DNA of 64,000 nucleotides from an uncultured Solirubrobacteraceae bacterium (GCA_963816005.1 CAWFKF010000053.1:42200-106199), one strand, 5' to 3'; positions 33,880 to 45,730 are shown, counted from the first letter of the stretch. Made by a program: numbers and translations. Notes: generated by a model not told the origin, from the sequence alone.

Positions 33880-34139
33880 TCTGGCATCGGTTCGAGATCG
33901 AGGCGCGCTTGGAGGACGGGATGAGTGAGCGGCGGGTCGACGGCAGCGCGCTGCAGCTGGTGACGGTCTGCCTGTGCGACGAGGGAGCGGGTGGGGTGAG
34001 CGACGAGCTGGGCGAGCTCGTGGAGCGGCCGCCGGTGGTCACGTATGTGCGCCCGAGCGACGCGCGCGAGCTGGCGTTCTGCCTGTTGGAGCTGGCGGAG
34101 CTGGCCGAGCGGCGGACCGAGGGGGGTGATCGTTGGTGA
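33876..34139 (+). CDS. Small hypothetical protein coupled to the recombinase
   Basis: ATGA overlap with the previous ORF and GTGA overlap with the next. Confidence 0.45.
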   Translation: MIWHRFEIEARLEDGMSERRVDGSALQLVTVCLCDEGAGGVSDELGELVERPPVVTYVRPSDARELAFCLLELAELAERRTEGGDRW

Positions 34140-36367
34140 GCGAGAGTTCGAAGCTGACCGCCTCGCATCTGCGCCGCCAGGCGTTTATCTATCCGCGCCA
34201 GTCGACGCAGGGACAGCTTGAGCGCAATACCGAGTCGACCGCGCGCCAGTATGGGTTGGTGCAGCGCGCGGTCGAGTTGGGGTTCGGCCGCCAGCAGGTT
34301 GTGGTGATCGACGAGGATCTGGGGATCTCGGCCGACGGGTTGACCGAGCGCTCGGGGTTCACTCGGTTGACTGCGGAGGTCGCGCTCGGGCACGCCGGGC
34401 TGGTGTTGGGCCTGGAGGTCTCGCGCGTGGCTCGTAACAACAGTGACTGGTACCGGCTGCTTGATTTGTGTGGGGTTACTGACACTGTGATCGGTGATCT
34501 TGACGGCTTGTATCACCCGGGCTCGTTTAATGACAGGCTGCTGTTGGGGATGAAAGGTACGATCAGTGAGGCGGAGTTGCACATGATCCGCCAGCGCCTC
34601 GATGGTGGCATTCGTAACAAGGCCAAGCGCGGAGAGCTGCGCCGCGGGTTGCCGGTCGGGCTTCTGTGGGGCGAGGCGGACGGGGAGGTGCTGTTGGATC
34701 CCGACGAGGCGGTGCGCGGTGCGATCGCGACAATCTTCGCCCGGTTTCAGGAGCTTGGCTCGGCGCGGCAGGTGTGGCTGTGGATGCGCTCAGAGGGCGT
34801 ACAGTTTCCGCTGCGGCGCTTCACCGGCGCGGAGGTGCAGTGGGTCACGCCCACCTATCATCAGGTCCATAGCGTGCTGTCAAGCCCGGTGTACGCGGGT
34901 GCGTACGCGTTCGGCAAGTCGCGCCGCGAGCGCTACGTAGATGAGCACGGCCGGCCGCGCAAGCGCACCCGTCAGCTGCCCCAAGCAGAGTGGGAGGTGT
35001 TGATCTGGGATCACCACCCCGGGTTCATCGACAAGGCCACGTTCGAGCGCAATCAGGCCCGGCTCGCTTCCAACACACGCCCGCGCGCGCACGAGCCGGG
35101 CGGCGCGGTCCGCGAGGGCCAGGCGCTGCTGCAGGGGATCGCTGTGTGCGGGCGCTGCGGACGCAAGCTGAAGGTGCACTATCAGGGCAAACGCGGTCAC
35201 AAGAGCCCCGCGTATCACTGCCCCGGCAGCGTGCTGGTCGAGGGCCGCGGCCAGTGGTGCGTTCGCGTCAGCGGGGTCAGGATCGACGAGGCGGTCGCGG
35301 GCGCGCTGCTGGCCGCGCTCACGCCCGCCGGGGTCAAGGCCGCGCTGCGCGCAGCCGAGGCGCTCGAGGCCGATCACGACGCGGCGCTGGCGCAGTGGCG
35401 CCTACAGATCGAGCGCGCCCGCTATGAGGCCCAGCGGGCCGAGCGCCGCTACCGCCAGGTCGAGCCCGAGCACCGGCTCGTCGCCCGCGGGCTTGAGCGC
35501 GACTGGGAGAAGGCGCTCGGCGCGCTCGCCGAGGCCGAGGCCGAGCTCAGCCTGCGCGAGCGTCAGCGACCCCGCACGCTCACCGACCAAGAGCGCGCGC
35601 AGCTGCTCGCGCTCGGCTCGGACCTCGGCCGGGTGTGGTCAGCGCCGAGCACCAGCGACCGCGACCGCAAGCAGCTGCTCAGAACGCTGATCGAGGAGGT
35701 GATCCTCGACCTCGCGCGCGAGCAGCGTCGCGCGACGCTGACCTTGCGCTGGCGCGGCGGCGCGCTCACCGAGCTCGCCGTCCCACTCCCCAAGCCGCAG
35801 CCCGCGATCCGCACCGACGAGGACACGATCGCGCTGATCGAGCGGCTCGCCGCCCACTACGACGACGGGAAGATCGCCGGGATCCTCAACCGCCAAGGCC
35901 GCCGCTCCGCAACCGGCGAGCGGTTCACCACGATCATCGTCGGCGGCCTACGCCGTTACCGCAACATCCCCGCATACAAGCCGCCCTCCGAACCGCCCGA
36001 CGGTGAACTGCTCCCCGTCGGCAAGGCCGCCGACGAGCTCGGCGTCGCCGCCTCCACCATCTTCCGCTGGCTCCAGGCCGGGTTCATCGCCGGCGAGCAA
36101 GACACCCCAGGCGCTCCCTGGCGGATCCGAGTCAACGACCAGCTCCGCGCGCTGTTCGTCGAACACGCACCCCCCGGCTACGTCCCGATCGTCGACGCGA
36201 TGCGCACCCTTGGCGTCTCCCGCCAGACCGTGTTGCAACGTGTAAAGCGCGGCGAGCTCGAAGCGATCCACGTCCGCAACGGACGGCGAAAAGGCCTACG
36301 AATACTGGTCCCACAGGCCGAATGCGCCCTGTTTGACACAACCACCATGAACGGAGAGGCATTGTGA
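34133..36367 (+). CDS. Large serine recombinase with Zn ribbon and C-terminal HTH repeats
   Basis: IYPRQST, EVSRVARN, CGRCG, coiled coil, terminal HTH motifs. Confidence 0.9.
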   Translation: MVSESSKLTASHLRRQAFIYPRQSTQGQLERNTESTARQYGLVQRAVELGFGRQQVVVIDEDLGISADGLTERSGFTRLTAEVALGHAGLVLGLEVSRVARNNSDWYRLLDLCGVTDTVIGDLDGLYHPGSFNDRLLLGMKGTISEAELHMIRQRLDGGIRNKAKRGELRRGLPVGLLWGEADGEVLLDPDEAVRGAIATIFARFQELGSARQVWLWMRSEGVQFPLRRFTGAEVQWVTPTYHQVHSVLSSPVYAGAYAFGKSRRERYVDEHGRPRKRTRQLPQAEWEVLIWDHHPGFIDKATFERNQARLASNTRPRAHEPGGAVREGQALLQGIAVCGRCGRKLKVHYQGKRGHKSPAYHCPGSVLVEGRGQWCVRVSGVRIDEAVAGALLAALTPAGVKAALRAAEALEADHDAALAQWRLQIERARYEAQRAERRYRQVEPEHRLVARGLERDWEKALGALAEAEAELSLRERQRPRTLTDQERAQLLALGSDLGRVWSAPSTSDRDRKQLLRTLIEEVILDLAREQRRATLTLRWRGGALTELAVPLPKPQPAIRTDEDTIALIERLAAHYDDGKIAGILNRQGRRSATGERFTTIIVGGLRRYRNIPAYKPPSEPPDGELLPVGKAADELGVAASTIFRWLQAGFIAGEQDTPGAPWRIRVNDQLRALFVEHAPPGYVPIVDAMRTLGVSRQTVLQRVKRGELEAIHVRNGRRKGLRILVPQAECALFDTTTMNGEAL

Positions 36368-37668
36368 CGATGGCACCAAGAACTTCTGGACATCGAAGTC
36401 GATCGCCCAGTCGTACTTCCAGCACCGCTGCCGGCATGCCACGAGCGCGTCCATTTGCGAGCGTCCCGGCCGGTAGCCATAGGAGTCCTGGTGGAACCGA
36501 GGTTCCACCAGCGGCTCCAGATACATGGCCGCGACCGTTTGCGCGATCCTGTCCGCAACGGTGGGCACGCCTAACACCCTGGTCCCCGGGCTGTGCGGCT
36601 TGGGGATCTCGACCGCCCTGACCGGGAGCGGAAAGTAGGACCCTGAACTCATCCGATTCCAGACCTTGTAGAGGTTGTTCCCAAGATCAGCCTCGAACTC
36701 CTCCAGCGCCTGCCCATCCACCCCGGGGGCGCCCTTGTTGGCCGCAACCCGCCGGTACGCCTCCCATACCAACTGCTTGGGAATCGCAAACGACTTGTCC
36801 TTCGGCTTTGGCTTGCTCATCTTCGCTTCCTCCCGAGGCTGACGCCCCGGTTGAACGACATGGACATTCCTGGTGAGCCGGCCCCTTCGCTCCGCCACCA
36901 CCCCAGCGAGCAGCGGCTTCACAGCTAATACGAGCCGGTCCGCCAGCGAGCGCCGCGACTGGTACTCAATGCCTCCGGTTTCCGCCGTTGGCACGCTCCC
37001 TCTCGCCGCCCGTCGTACTGACCCGCAGGCCCGGACGGCCGCTATCGACGCTCGCCTTCTCACGTTCCATGCAAGAGCCGCAGACCAGGATCACGCCGCC
37101 TCTACGCCGGGCACCACCTGGCCAGCAAACGGGTATCCGCCAGGCTGATCCCGAGGGGCTCGCTAGGACCCCCGGTTTTGATGCCGTCTCTGAGTTTCGA
37201 CGCCTCAACAGCGCACGCCCCACCGGGTCACCCCGGCCGAGCGCTTCTGGAACGTCTTCCTGGTCCCCACCTGACGCGATCACAACCGCGCCTTTTCCGG
37301 ATCGCTCACCACGACGGTCTTCAGCCAACGCAGCATCCGGTGGTTTAGCGCCCGCCCCCGTGGGCCGACGCTGGAGAGCCAACAAGTCTCCATCTCTTGC
37401 ACAGTTCCGCCTATATGGGGGTCTTCTACACGACTCCTCCTTCAGCGTTCGTGACACACAGCGAGCCTCATACCGCCGAGCGTTGGTCGGGCGGCGCGGG
37501 TAATCCGAGGCGGTGGTCGGCGTTCGGTGTGAGCCTCGCTCGCGGGGGCGCTCGGTTCGGGAGCGCTGGGTGGTGGCCCCGGCGTACTCTCCAATCTAGA
37601 TGCGGGCGGTTGGGCCCGCGTGGAGCCCCGTTGGGGCTTGCGACCTTTCAGGCGCTGGAGGTACCGCC

Positions 37669-39270
37669 GTGGCCACCATCTCAAGGCTACTCGCCGATCA
37701 CGTCTCGTTGCGGGTGTGTTCGGTCGACAGGATCTTCCTCGCGGGCTACGTCCCGCGGTTGCAATGCGACGGGCAGTTGGTGCGGTTTCTCAACGATCGT
37801 GCGGGTGGGACGATCCCGTCGCCGGCGCTCTTCGGAAAGATCGGCCGCGCGTACGTGGAGGACGTCAACGGGTTCGCGAAGACGCACGAGATCCCGGTCG
37901 TGCGGTTCGCCAAGGACATGGTCAAGGAGGACGTCGCGCGCCCGTATATGCAGGCGGCTGAGCGGGAGGATCGCTCGGGGGTGGTGATGCTCGGGGTCGC
38001 GCAGGAGAAGGCGTTCGCGTGGCGCGGCTGGCGTGACGGTGGTCATGACGCGCACCCGCATTTCGCGTTCGCGCGCCAGGCCGTGTTCGTCAACCACCAT
38101 TACTGGTACATCTTCGATCCCGACTGGGGCCCGTCGTTCGTGAAGACCAACGCGTACGCTCCGTACCCGGTGTGGGTGTACCTCAACGGGCACGAGTGGA
38201 GCAAGCGCCAAGCCGCCCAACAGGGGATCGAGTTCACGCCATTGGACAACGGCTTCCAGGCCTGCGGTCAGGCCGAGCGCCTCGCTGAGATCTGCGACTC
38301 GCTGTCTGCGCAAGACATCTTTGGGTTCTGCGACCGGTGGATGCTCGAGCTGCCCTCCCCGTTCACCGAGGCTGAGCGGGGCCGCTACGGCTACCGCTAC
38401 TCGGTCCGGCAGCTCGAGCTCTCAGACACCCGCGTGTTCGACCGCCCCGCGGCGGGTCGTGCGTGGTTTGAGCAGACGATCCGTGATCAGCTCGACCTCG
38501 GGCGCCCCGACAAGGTCCAGATCGTGTTTGACCGCAAGATCACCAGCCGCACCCCCGGCCGGTTCCAGACGAAGGTCATCACCAAAGGCGTCGAGCCGGT
38601 GATCCAAGCGCACTACAAGCACAGCAAGGTTAAGCAGTACTTCAAGGAGGGCCGCGCGCTCAGGACCGAGACGACCGTCAACGATCCCTACGACTTCGGC
38701 GTCAAGCGCACCCTGAGCGCCACCACCTGGCAGCAACTCCGGACGATCGGCGATGACATCAACGATCGACTGCTCGACGCCCAGCTTCAGGCGTGCTCCT
38801 GCGCGCCGGACCCCGAGACGCTTACGCGTCTGGTGTCGCCGTCCATCGAGGACGGCCAACCCGCGCCCGCCCTGCGCTTCGGTGACCCCAGGGTGATGGC
38901 GCTACTCGCCTGCCTGTGCCCGTTTCAGCACCTGTTCGCAGGCCTGACGAACCGCACCCTGCGCCCCCAGATCGCCGAGCTGATCGGCGGCTACAGCACG
39001 GGCCAGATGACCTATGACCTGCGCCGACTGCGACGCAAAGGCCTGATCCGCCGGATCCCGAAAAGCCAGCGCTACGAGCTGACCGCGTTCGGCCGGCGGA
39101 CCGCCGTCTTCTACACCAAGACCCACGTGCGAATCGTCAACCCCGCCCTCGCCGAACTCGACCCCCAACTACCCCAGGAGATCGCACACCAACACCCCCT
39201 CGCCCGCGCATGGCGCGCCTTCGAGCACGCGCTCGACGACAAGATAAAACAGGCCGCTATCGCGGCCTGA
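37669..39270 (+). CDS. Putative mobile-element protein (Rep_trans-like core, C-terminal winged helix)
   Basis: YKHSKVKQYFKEGRALRTETTVN motif and MTYDLRRLRRKGLIRR...YELT wHTH; GTG start after GGAGG. Confidence 0.6.
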   Translation: MATISRLLADHVSLRVCSVDRIFLAGYVPRLQCDGQLVRFLNDRAGGTIPSPALFGKIGRAYVEDVNGFAKTHEIPVVRFAKDMVKEDVARPYMQAAEREDRSGVVMLGVAQEKAFAWRGWRDGGHDAHPHFAFARQAVFVNHHYWYIFDPDWGPSFVKTNAYAPYPVWVYLNGHEWSKRQAAQQGIEFTPLDNGFQACGQAERLAEICDSLSAQDIFGFCDRWMLELPSPFTEAERGRYGYRYSVRQLELSDTRVFDRPAAGRAWFEQTIRDQLDLGRPDKVQIVFDRKITSRTPGRFQTKVITKGVEPVIQAHYKHSKVKQYFKEGRALRTETTVNDPYDFGVKRTLSATTWQQLRTIGDDINDRLLDAQLQACSCAPDPETLTRLVSPSIEDGQPAPALRFGDPRVMALLACLCPFQHLFAGLTNRTLRPQIAELIGGYSTGQMTYDLRRLRRKGLIRRIPKSQRYELTAFGRRTAVFYTKTHVRIVNPALAELDPQLPQEIAHQHPLARAWRAFEHALDDKIKQAAIAA

Positions 39271-39295
39271 AAAGATGACAGCCCCGTGAAGGTTT

Positions 39296-41315
39296 GGGCG
39301 TGGCTACTTCAGGACGAGTGGAAAGTTCCTGGTAATCGGTGACTTTCGCGCGTTGTGGGGGGTTTTTGGGGGCACAGAACCCGGGGATATCGCGATGTCC
39401 CCGGGTTTCGTGGGCGTTCAGGTGGCTGAGTGGCGCCGCTGGCGTGGACGTGTGGGGCCGTGGAGGGGTCGGCCGCGGCTGGCGAGGATCTGCTCGCCTG
39501 CTTGTCGGGAGAGGTCTCGCATCTGCTCGAGCGCGGCTTCGAGGCGGCGGCGGTTGGTGATCCATTCCTGGTAGATCGCGGCGTCCTCGGCGGTTAACAG
39601 CCGCGAGATCGTCTTGCCGTTCTCCTTCCAGGACAGCTGCCAGTACGGGCCGTGGCGCTGCTCTGGGTCCGCGCAGCGGCAGTTGGGGTTCTTGCAGCAC
39701 GTATAGCGCTCGATCAGTGACCCCTCGCAGGTGAATCCGACCTCGCTGACGGCGGCCTTGGCGGTCTCGTAGTCGGCGCGCAGGCGCTCGAGCTGGTCGC
39801 CTGACGGGGGCTGGGAGGAGGGTCGTTCCGTCATCGACCCGTAGCATACTGGTCGCTTGCGATGGACGGCCAGTCCTGTCCGGCGAGCGAGACCGACGCG
39901 CTCGGGGCGCTGGAGCGTTTCCTCGACGGGGCCGCGAAGGAGGGCCTGGGGCTGTGCGAGGTCGAGCGCGAGTCAGAGCGCCGCGGCCGGGAGCTGGTGC
40001 GGCTGTTGTTGTAGGCGCACATCGATTCCCGCGGCGATGGCGACGTCGGCGAGGCGATCCTCGTGCAGCGCCCCGACGGTCCCGTCCGGCATGGCTACAA
40101 GCGCCGCCACACCCGCCCCGTGCTGACGCTGTTCGGCGAGGTCCGCGTCACGCGCATGAGCTACGGCGCGCCGGGCGCTCCGGCGATCCACCCGCTGGAC
40201 CGCCAGCTGCGGCTGCCGGGGCGGACCTGGAGCTACGAGTGCCAGCGGCGGCTGATGCGGGCCGTGGTCTGCTCGCCGTTTGACGAGGCGATCTCGTTCT
40301 TTGCCGAGATGAGTGGCACGGCGGTGCCCAAGCGCTCGGCCGAGCAACTGGTGCGCGAGGCGGCCGTGGACTTCGACGCGTTCTACGCGCAGCGCCCCGC
40401 CGCCGCTGTCAAGCCAGCGCGCGGCGAGATCCTGGTGGCCGCGATCGACTGCAAGGGCATCCCGATGGTCAAGCCCGAGCGCACACTGCGGGTCGTGCGC
40501 AGAGGCAAGGGGCAGAAGGCCAACAAGAAGCGGATGGCGACCGTCGCCGCCGTCCACAACCAGACACCGGTCGTGCGCACCCCGCAGCAGGTCCTCGACA
40601 GCCTCTTCTCAACCGACGGGCGACCCGAACGCCAGGCACGACCGCGGCCCGGCCACAAACGCGTATGGGCCAGCCTCACCGCCGACAAGGACACGTTCAT
40701 CAACGACGTCAAGGCCGAGATGACACGACGCGACCCCCGCCGCCGGCGCACCTGGGTGATCGTCACCGACGGCGAGCGCGCGCTGCAGCACCGCGTCGCC
40801 GACAGCTTCCAAAGCGTCACGCTCATTCTCGACTACCTGCACGTAGCGGAGAAGCTGTGGAAGGCCGCCCACGCGCTCTACCGCGAGGGCAGCCCCGACG
40901 CCCAGGCGTTCGTCTACCAACGCGCCAAACGCATCCTCGAAGGCCAGGTCGACCAGGTCGTCAAGGGCCTGAAGCTCATCATCACCAAGCGCAAACTCAC
41001 CGGTAGCAAAGCCAAGACGCTCTCCGACGTCGCCGCCTACTACCGGCGCAACCGCGAGCGGATGCGCTACGACACCTACCTCGCCAACGGCTGGCCAATC
41101 GCATCGGGATCGGTCGAGGGCGCGTGCAAGAACCTCATCCGCGACCGCTTCGAACGATCTGGCATGTGATGGACACCCGAGACCGCCGAAGCCCTGCTAA
41201 AGCTCCGCGCCCTCCACCTCTCAAACGACTTCGACGCCTACTGGGAGTTCCACATCGAGCGCGACCAGCAACGCCTCTACCCGCCCTGGCAGGTCGTCCT
41301 GAAGTAGCCACACCC
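39296..41315 (+). mobile_element. ISKra4-like IS; transposase ~39861-41307 with two nonsense codons
   Basis: TIR GGG(C/T)GTGGCTACTTCAGGACGA; 9-bp TSD TGAAGGTTT; DGERA, LDYLH, PIASGSVEGACK motifs. Confidence 0.88.
39418..39834 (-). CDS. DUF6788-like small protein
   Basis: Paralog of 597-980. Confidence 0.75.
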   Translation of the reverse strand: MTERPSSQPPSGDQLERLRADYETAKAAVSEVGFTCEGSLIERYTCCKNPNCRCADPEQRHGPYWQLSWKENGKTISRLLTAEDAAIYQEWITNRRRLEAALEQMRDLSRQAGEQILASRGRPLHGPTRPRQRRHSAT

Positions 41316-41561
41316 TGAAGGTTTCACCGACCTAGCGGAGCTACTCCGGTTCCGGGACTTCGCCCGAAACCGGTGGCCCCTTCGGGGCAGCAAACATCGC
41401 CCGGTCAGTCAACCCAACCGCGTTCTCCCACCAGCTCGTTCCAGACCTGGGCACCCTATGGGCCGAAACCGAGGTGTCTGCGCCCGTTGCTGGTATCCCA
41501 AGGCTACATCTCGCCGGCCACATCGACAACGTTTTGTCGATCGGAGCGCGCAAGCCGCTAG

Positions 41562-43279
41562 CCTCGATCTTGCAGCAGGCGCGGAATCGCGTCGCTTGCA
41601 GTAACGATCGCGCGGGGCTTTCCGAGCGGTTGAGATGGGGTGTGTCGGGGCGTGGCGGGTGGCGATTGGCGTGTTGACGGTGGCGCCGGCGGTTCTGGCA
41701 CGTTCAGTTGGTGGTTGGTGAGCGGTTTGTGGGCAGGCTGACGCCCGGGTGTCCGATGGATGGCCGTCGGTGGCGGCGCCGGCGGCGCCCCGGTCAGCGT
41801 GTCGGGGCTGGGAGCGCTTGCAGGCGTGAGAATGCGGCGGCGAGCTGCCCTGCCCAGGGCCAGTCGCGTGAGAGCCGCAGGATCGTGCGGCGGGCGTGGC
41901 GGGCGATCCGCCCTGACTGGTGCAGCAGCCGGTAGCGCAATCTTTTGAGCTCCCACGCGCGGGCTTCGTCTGCGAGGCAGAGCTGCTGGGTCCATGCGAC
42001 GAGGTCTTGGGCGAGCTGAACGAGCCATAGCCACACCTGGTTGTGGTGAAAGCTGCGGAACGGGAGGTTGGACAGGCCGCAGTCCTTGGCTTGGCGGATG
42101 CGGTCCTCAACGCGGGCGTGGCCGCGGTGGTCAAGGTCGAGATGGGGGATGCTCTCGCCTTCCTGGTCGGTGAGGAACACCGCGAGGCGGTAGCCGTCGT
42201 GGTCGGCGAACGACTGCTGGTCGCCTTCTTTGAGCTTCGTGCGCCGGGCGATCAACCGCGAGCCTTCGGGCCATGTCGAGAGGTCGACGCGGGCGGTGAT
42301 CTCGCACACCTGGCTGTGCTCGCGCTCTGTGCCATCAGAGCGGATCGCCTTTACCCACGCCGTCTCGGGCATGTTGACGATCGCGTCGCGGACCGGCTCG
42401 GAGAGGTCGAACCCGAACGGGAAACGCATCCGCCCCTCACGGCAGTACACGGTCAGATCGTGCGTCGCGCCGGCGCCGTCGGCGCGCACCAGGATCTCGC
42501 CCTGCAGCGCGGCGGGGTCGAGCTGCTCGAGCGCGAGGTCGAGCACCAGCTTGTGATCAGCCGCCGTGTTCGACCCGGCGTTCCCGGGCCGCAGGATCCC
42601 TGCGGGCGCCTCGCCCGTCCCGTCGAGATAGCACAGCAGCGGATGATGACCGTAGCCACCCTTGAAGTTCCCGTGCGCCTGCTCCTTCTCCGAGGAGGCG
42701 CACGTGAGCGTCGCGTCGAGATCGATCACCGTCCGCTCAGGACGACCGTGCCACCGCGCGAGCGAGCGCTCCGGCCGCGCCCCGACCCTCCACGCCCCCG
42801 CCCGTCCGAGCGCGACCGCCGCCCGCAACCGGGAAGGCACTCCTCGTCGACGGAATCGATCACCCGGAACGCGGTCGAGTCAGACGCCACGTTCCCGTAC
42901 AGGTCGGGCTGATCGCGCTGAGCTCCCAGGTCAGCCAGGCACTCGCCGCCGTCGGCGAGCATCACCGCCAGATCGCGCAGCACCACCGCCGGGTCATGCG
43001 CCGACGCGCGTTGCCGGGTCGGGGCCATCGCCGCCGACAGCGCTCTGGTCAGCCCGACCCGGTCAGCCACGCCAGCGATCAGCACGCTGCCGGCATGCCC
43101 CACCAAACCGCTCCCGTCCGCCGTCACCGATAGCTTCTCAACGAGCCCTTCACGCTGCACCATCTGGGTGAACCTCCTGAGCCGGGAACGCGAGCTTCGC
43201 AACCCGCATTCTCTCTGCTCAGGCGGACGTTCCCGCGCCCCGGCCAGTCCGGGGCGCGGCGCTTAATGCACGATCCAGG
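41562..43279 (-). mobile_element. IS1380-family element, frameshift at ~42840
   Basis: IRs CCT(C/G)GATC..GCA flanked by CTAG; IDLDAT, LRPGNAGSNTAADH, RADGAG, HARVEDRIR motifs. Confidence 0.87.
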
Positions 43280-43496
43280 CTAGTAGGGCGGCGTCGTAGC
43301 TGAGGCTTCGTGGAAGCGGAAGCGACGATCGCTGCTTGCGAGCGTGTCCGACGCGGCAGTGACCGACGGCGTCGGTGCACTTCCGGGCCGCTTCACGCGC
43401 GGGACCAGAGTCACTGCCGCCGGCTCGTGCTGCTACTCGTAGCAAGCCCGGGAGCGGCAGGCTGATCCGGGCAAGCCCGGAAAGCGTACGCAGGGA

Positions 43497-45655
43497 TTAC
43501 TTGGGGACGCGGAACCGAAGGATGGTGACGGCGCCCGACCGCGTGCTGCTGACCGGTTCCAGGTCTATCCTGGGGAGGCTCGGGGGTGAGAAGCGGATGC
43601 CGTCGCCGAGCAGCACCGGCAGTACATACACCAGGATCTCGTCGACGAGCTCCCGCCGTAGGCACTGGCCGGCCACGTCGGCGCCGAGGATCTCCAGGTT
43701 CTTGCCGCCCGCGGCGCTGCGGGCCGTGGCGACGGCTTCCCCGATGTCACCGGTGAGGTACGTGACCTCCGGGCCCGGCGGCTCTGGCGGGCTATGTGTG
43801 AGGACGAACACGGGTCCGGAAAAGGGGGCTCTCCGAGGGTGAGTTGGGGTGAAGTCACAGCGAGTTTTCGTGTGGGAGAGTGAGGGTGACTGGTCCGCAG
43901 GCGAGGTGGACGAGCGCGAGAGCGGCGTTCGCGGAGTGGAACCCGTAAGCGCGGCGGACCAGCAGTTTGACCTTGTTGTTGAGCGCCTCCGCCCGGGCGT
44001 TGCTCAACTTCAGGCGACGGGCGGCGAGTATGCCCTGACGGTGTTTGCGGATCGTGCAGCCCAAGCGGATGAACGGGGCGAGCCGGCAGCGGGAGAGGCG
44101 GGACAGCAGCCGGTCGAGCAGCTCGCTGACGGCCTCGACGGTGAGGCCGGGGGCGAAGATCGCTCTGACCATCTCTTTCATCGTCCAGGCACGCGCGACC
44201 TTCCCGCCGCCGGCCTGGATCGCGGCGAGTGTGGCCGCTTGGCGGTCGGTGAGATCGGAAGGGTTCTTGAGCAGCGCCCAGCGATCGTGCTTGAACTGTT
44301 TGGCGGCGCCGGCCTGGCCCGCGTGGCGCAGCTCGTTCCAGTACTCGCGGCGGACCTCGTCCAGCGCCTTGGTGGCGAGTTGCACAACGTGGTAGTTGTC
44401 GATCACGATCGTCGCCTGCGGCGCGTGCTCGCGGACGCTCTTGGCGTACCCGCCGGTCATGTCCATCGAGACCGCGGTCAGCCGGGACGCGCGTGCGAAG
44501 ATCGCCGGCTCGATCTCGCTGCCGTCCTGGAGCCATGCGCCGGGGATGCCCTCGCCGGCCGGGACGATCGGGCACGGGCCGAACGGGACCATGATCGCCG
44601 GCTCAGGCTCCCACGACGGCCGCCCGGCGTGCGCCGGCGGGTCCTCGGCCGGCGGGTCGAGCTCGGCGAAGAACTGATCGGCGGCGGCCTGGCCCTTGCC
44701 CTCGGTGCCCCACACCACGCACCCGCGCGCGTGGTCGGCGATGAGCGTGAGGTAGCGGTGGCCCTTGCGCCACGCGACCTCGTCGATCGAGATCTCAAAC
44801 AGCTCCCGGAGCCGGTCGGCCTGGGCGAGATGCTCCTCGCCGACGCGCTTGATGATCCGCCCGATCGTCTGCCACTCAATCCGCACCAGCCGTGTGATCG
44901 TCGTCTTGTCGGCCTTCGTCGCCAGCCACGCGACGAGATCGTCGAAGTCGCGGGTGAAACCGGCGCGGTGACGCGCGAACGGGACGCCCTCGACATGCAC
45001 CCCGTGCTCGGGACACCGCAGCTGCCGCAGCGTCGCGCGGATCTCGAGTCGCCAGACGCCAAGGTCCAGATGGCGCCAGACCGACTCGTGATCCTGGATA
45101 CCCTCGCGCGCCATCGTGGCGTACCCGCACACCGGACAGATGAGCCGCTGGCGGCGCAGCGCGACGCGCACAACGACACGATCAGAACCGAACCGCACGC
45201 CGCGCACCCACACCCCCTCCAAGCGCAGCAGACGACAGAATGCGGCAGTGACGCGCACGGGCCAAACCTCCAGCTCGAGGAACTTGAATACCCGCGAGCC
45301 TACGGCGCGGCTCGTGCGCGTCGCCTGCCGCTACGCCAAGAGCTCAGAACCGCTGCAACTAGCGCCAAACCAGCTCAAGATTCACCCCAGATCACCCTCG
45401 GAGCCTCGAAAAGGGGTAGTCCACGCTGCCCGGCTTCTCGGCTTCCATCCTGTCGCCTACCTCGGCGGTCCGCCGGCCGACGAGCATGGCGCCGGTGGCC
45501 GCCGCGATCTCGCGGAACTCGTCGGGCGCCACGAAGTCGGCGAGTTGGCGACCAGCGCCCCAGTCCATCACGTGGCCGGGGGCGGCGATGAAGCCGTCAA
45601 GCGACATCGCCCTGTTCACAACCACCTTGCCGCTTCCGGTACTCGTATCGCTCAT
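43497..45655 (-). pseudogene. Dihydrofolate reductase/RibD C-terminal-like gene split by ISL3
   Basis: MSLDGFIA...GRRT | PFSGPVFVLTH...PVLLGDG. Confidence 0.85.
43827..45405 (-). mobile_element. ISL3-family element with intact transposase 45258-43855
   Basis: IRs GGCTC...; GAAAAGGG duplication; ISIDE, SMDM, DNYHVV, SNARAEALN motifs. Confidence 0.92.
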
Positions 45656-45730
45656 CCTGTTCCCTACCGCGACAGCTTACGCGGACGCAGTCACGACAGG
45701 AGGCAGCGGGCTGCCGCTTTGTCGCCAATG

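Larger units (their letters stand above)
33374..36379 (+). mobile_element. Minimal large-serine-recombinase element 1
   Basis: Interrupts the RT with only an AA dinucleotide duplicated; no TIRs; small ORFs plus recombinase. Confidence 0.82.
33115..37459 (-). mobile_element. Class D-like intron D2, 5' part (RT 36820-36378 and 33373-33115), interrupted by a serine-recombinase element
   Basis: 5' GTGTGTCACG; EBS1 AGCGAG pairs with exon CUCGCU; RT rejoins DVQKF|FDDVPW up to ERYADD. Confidence 0.87.
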
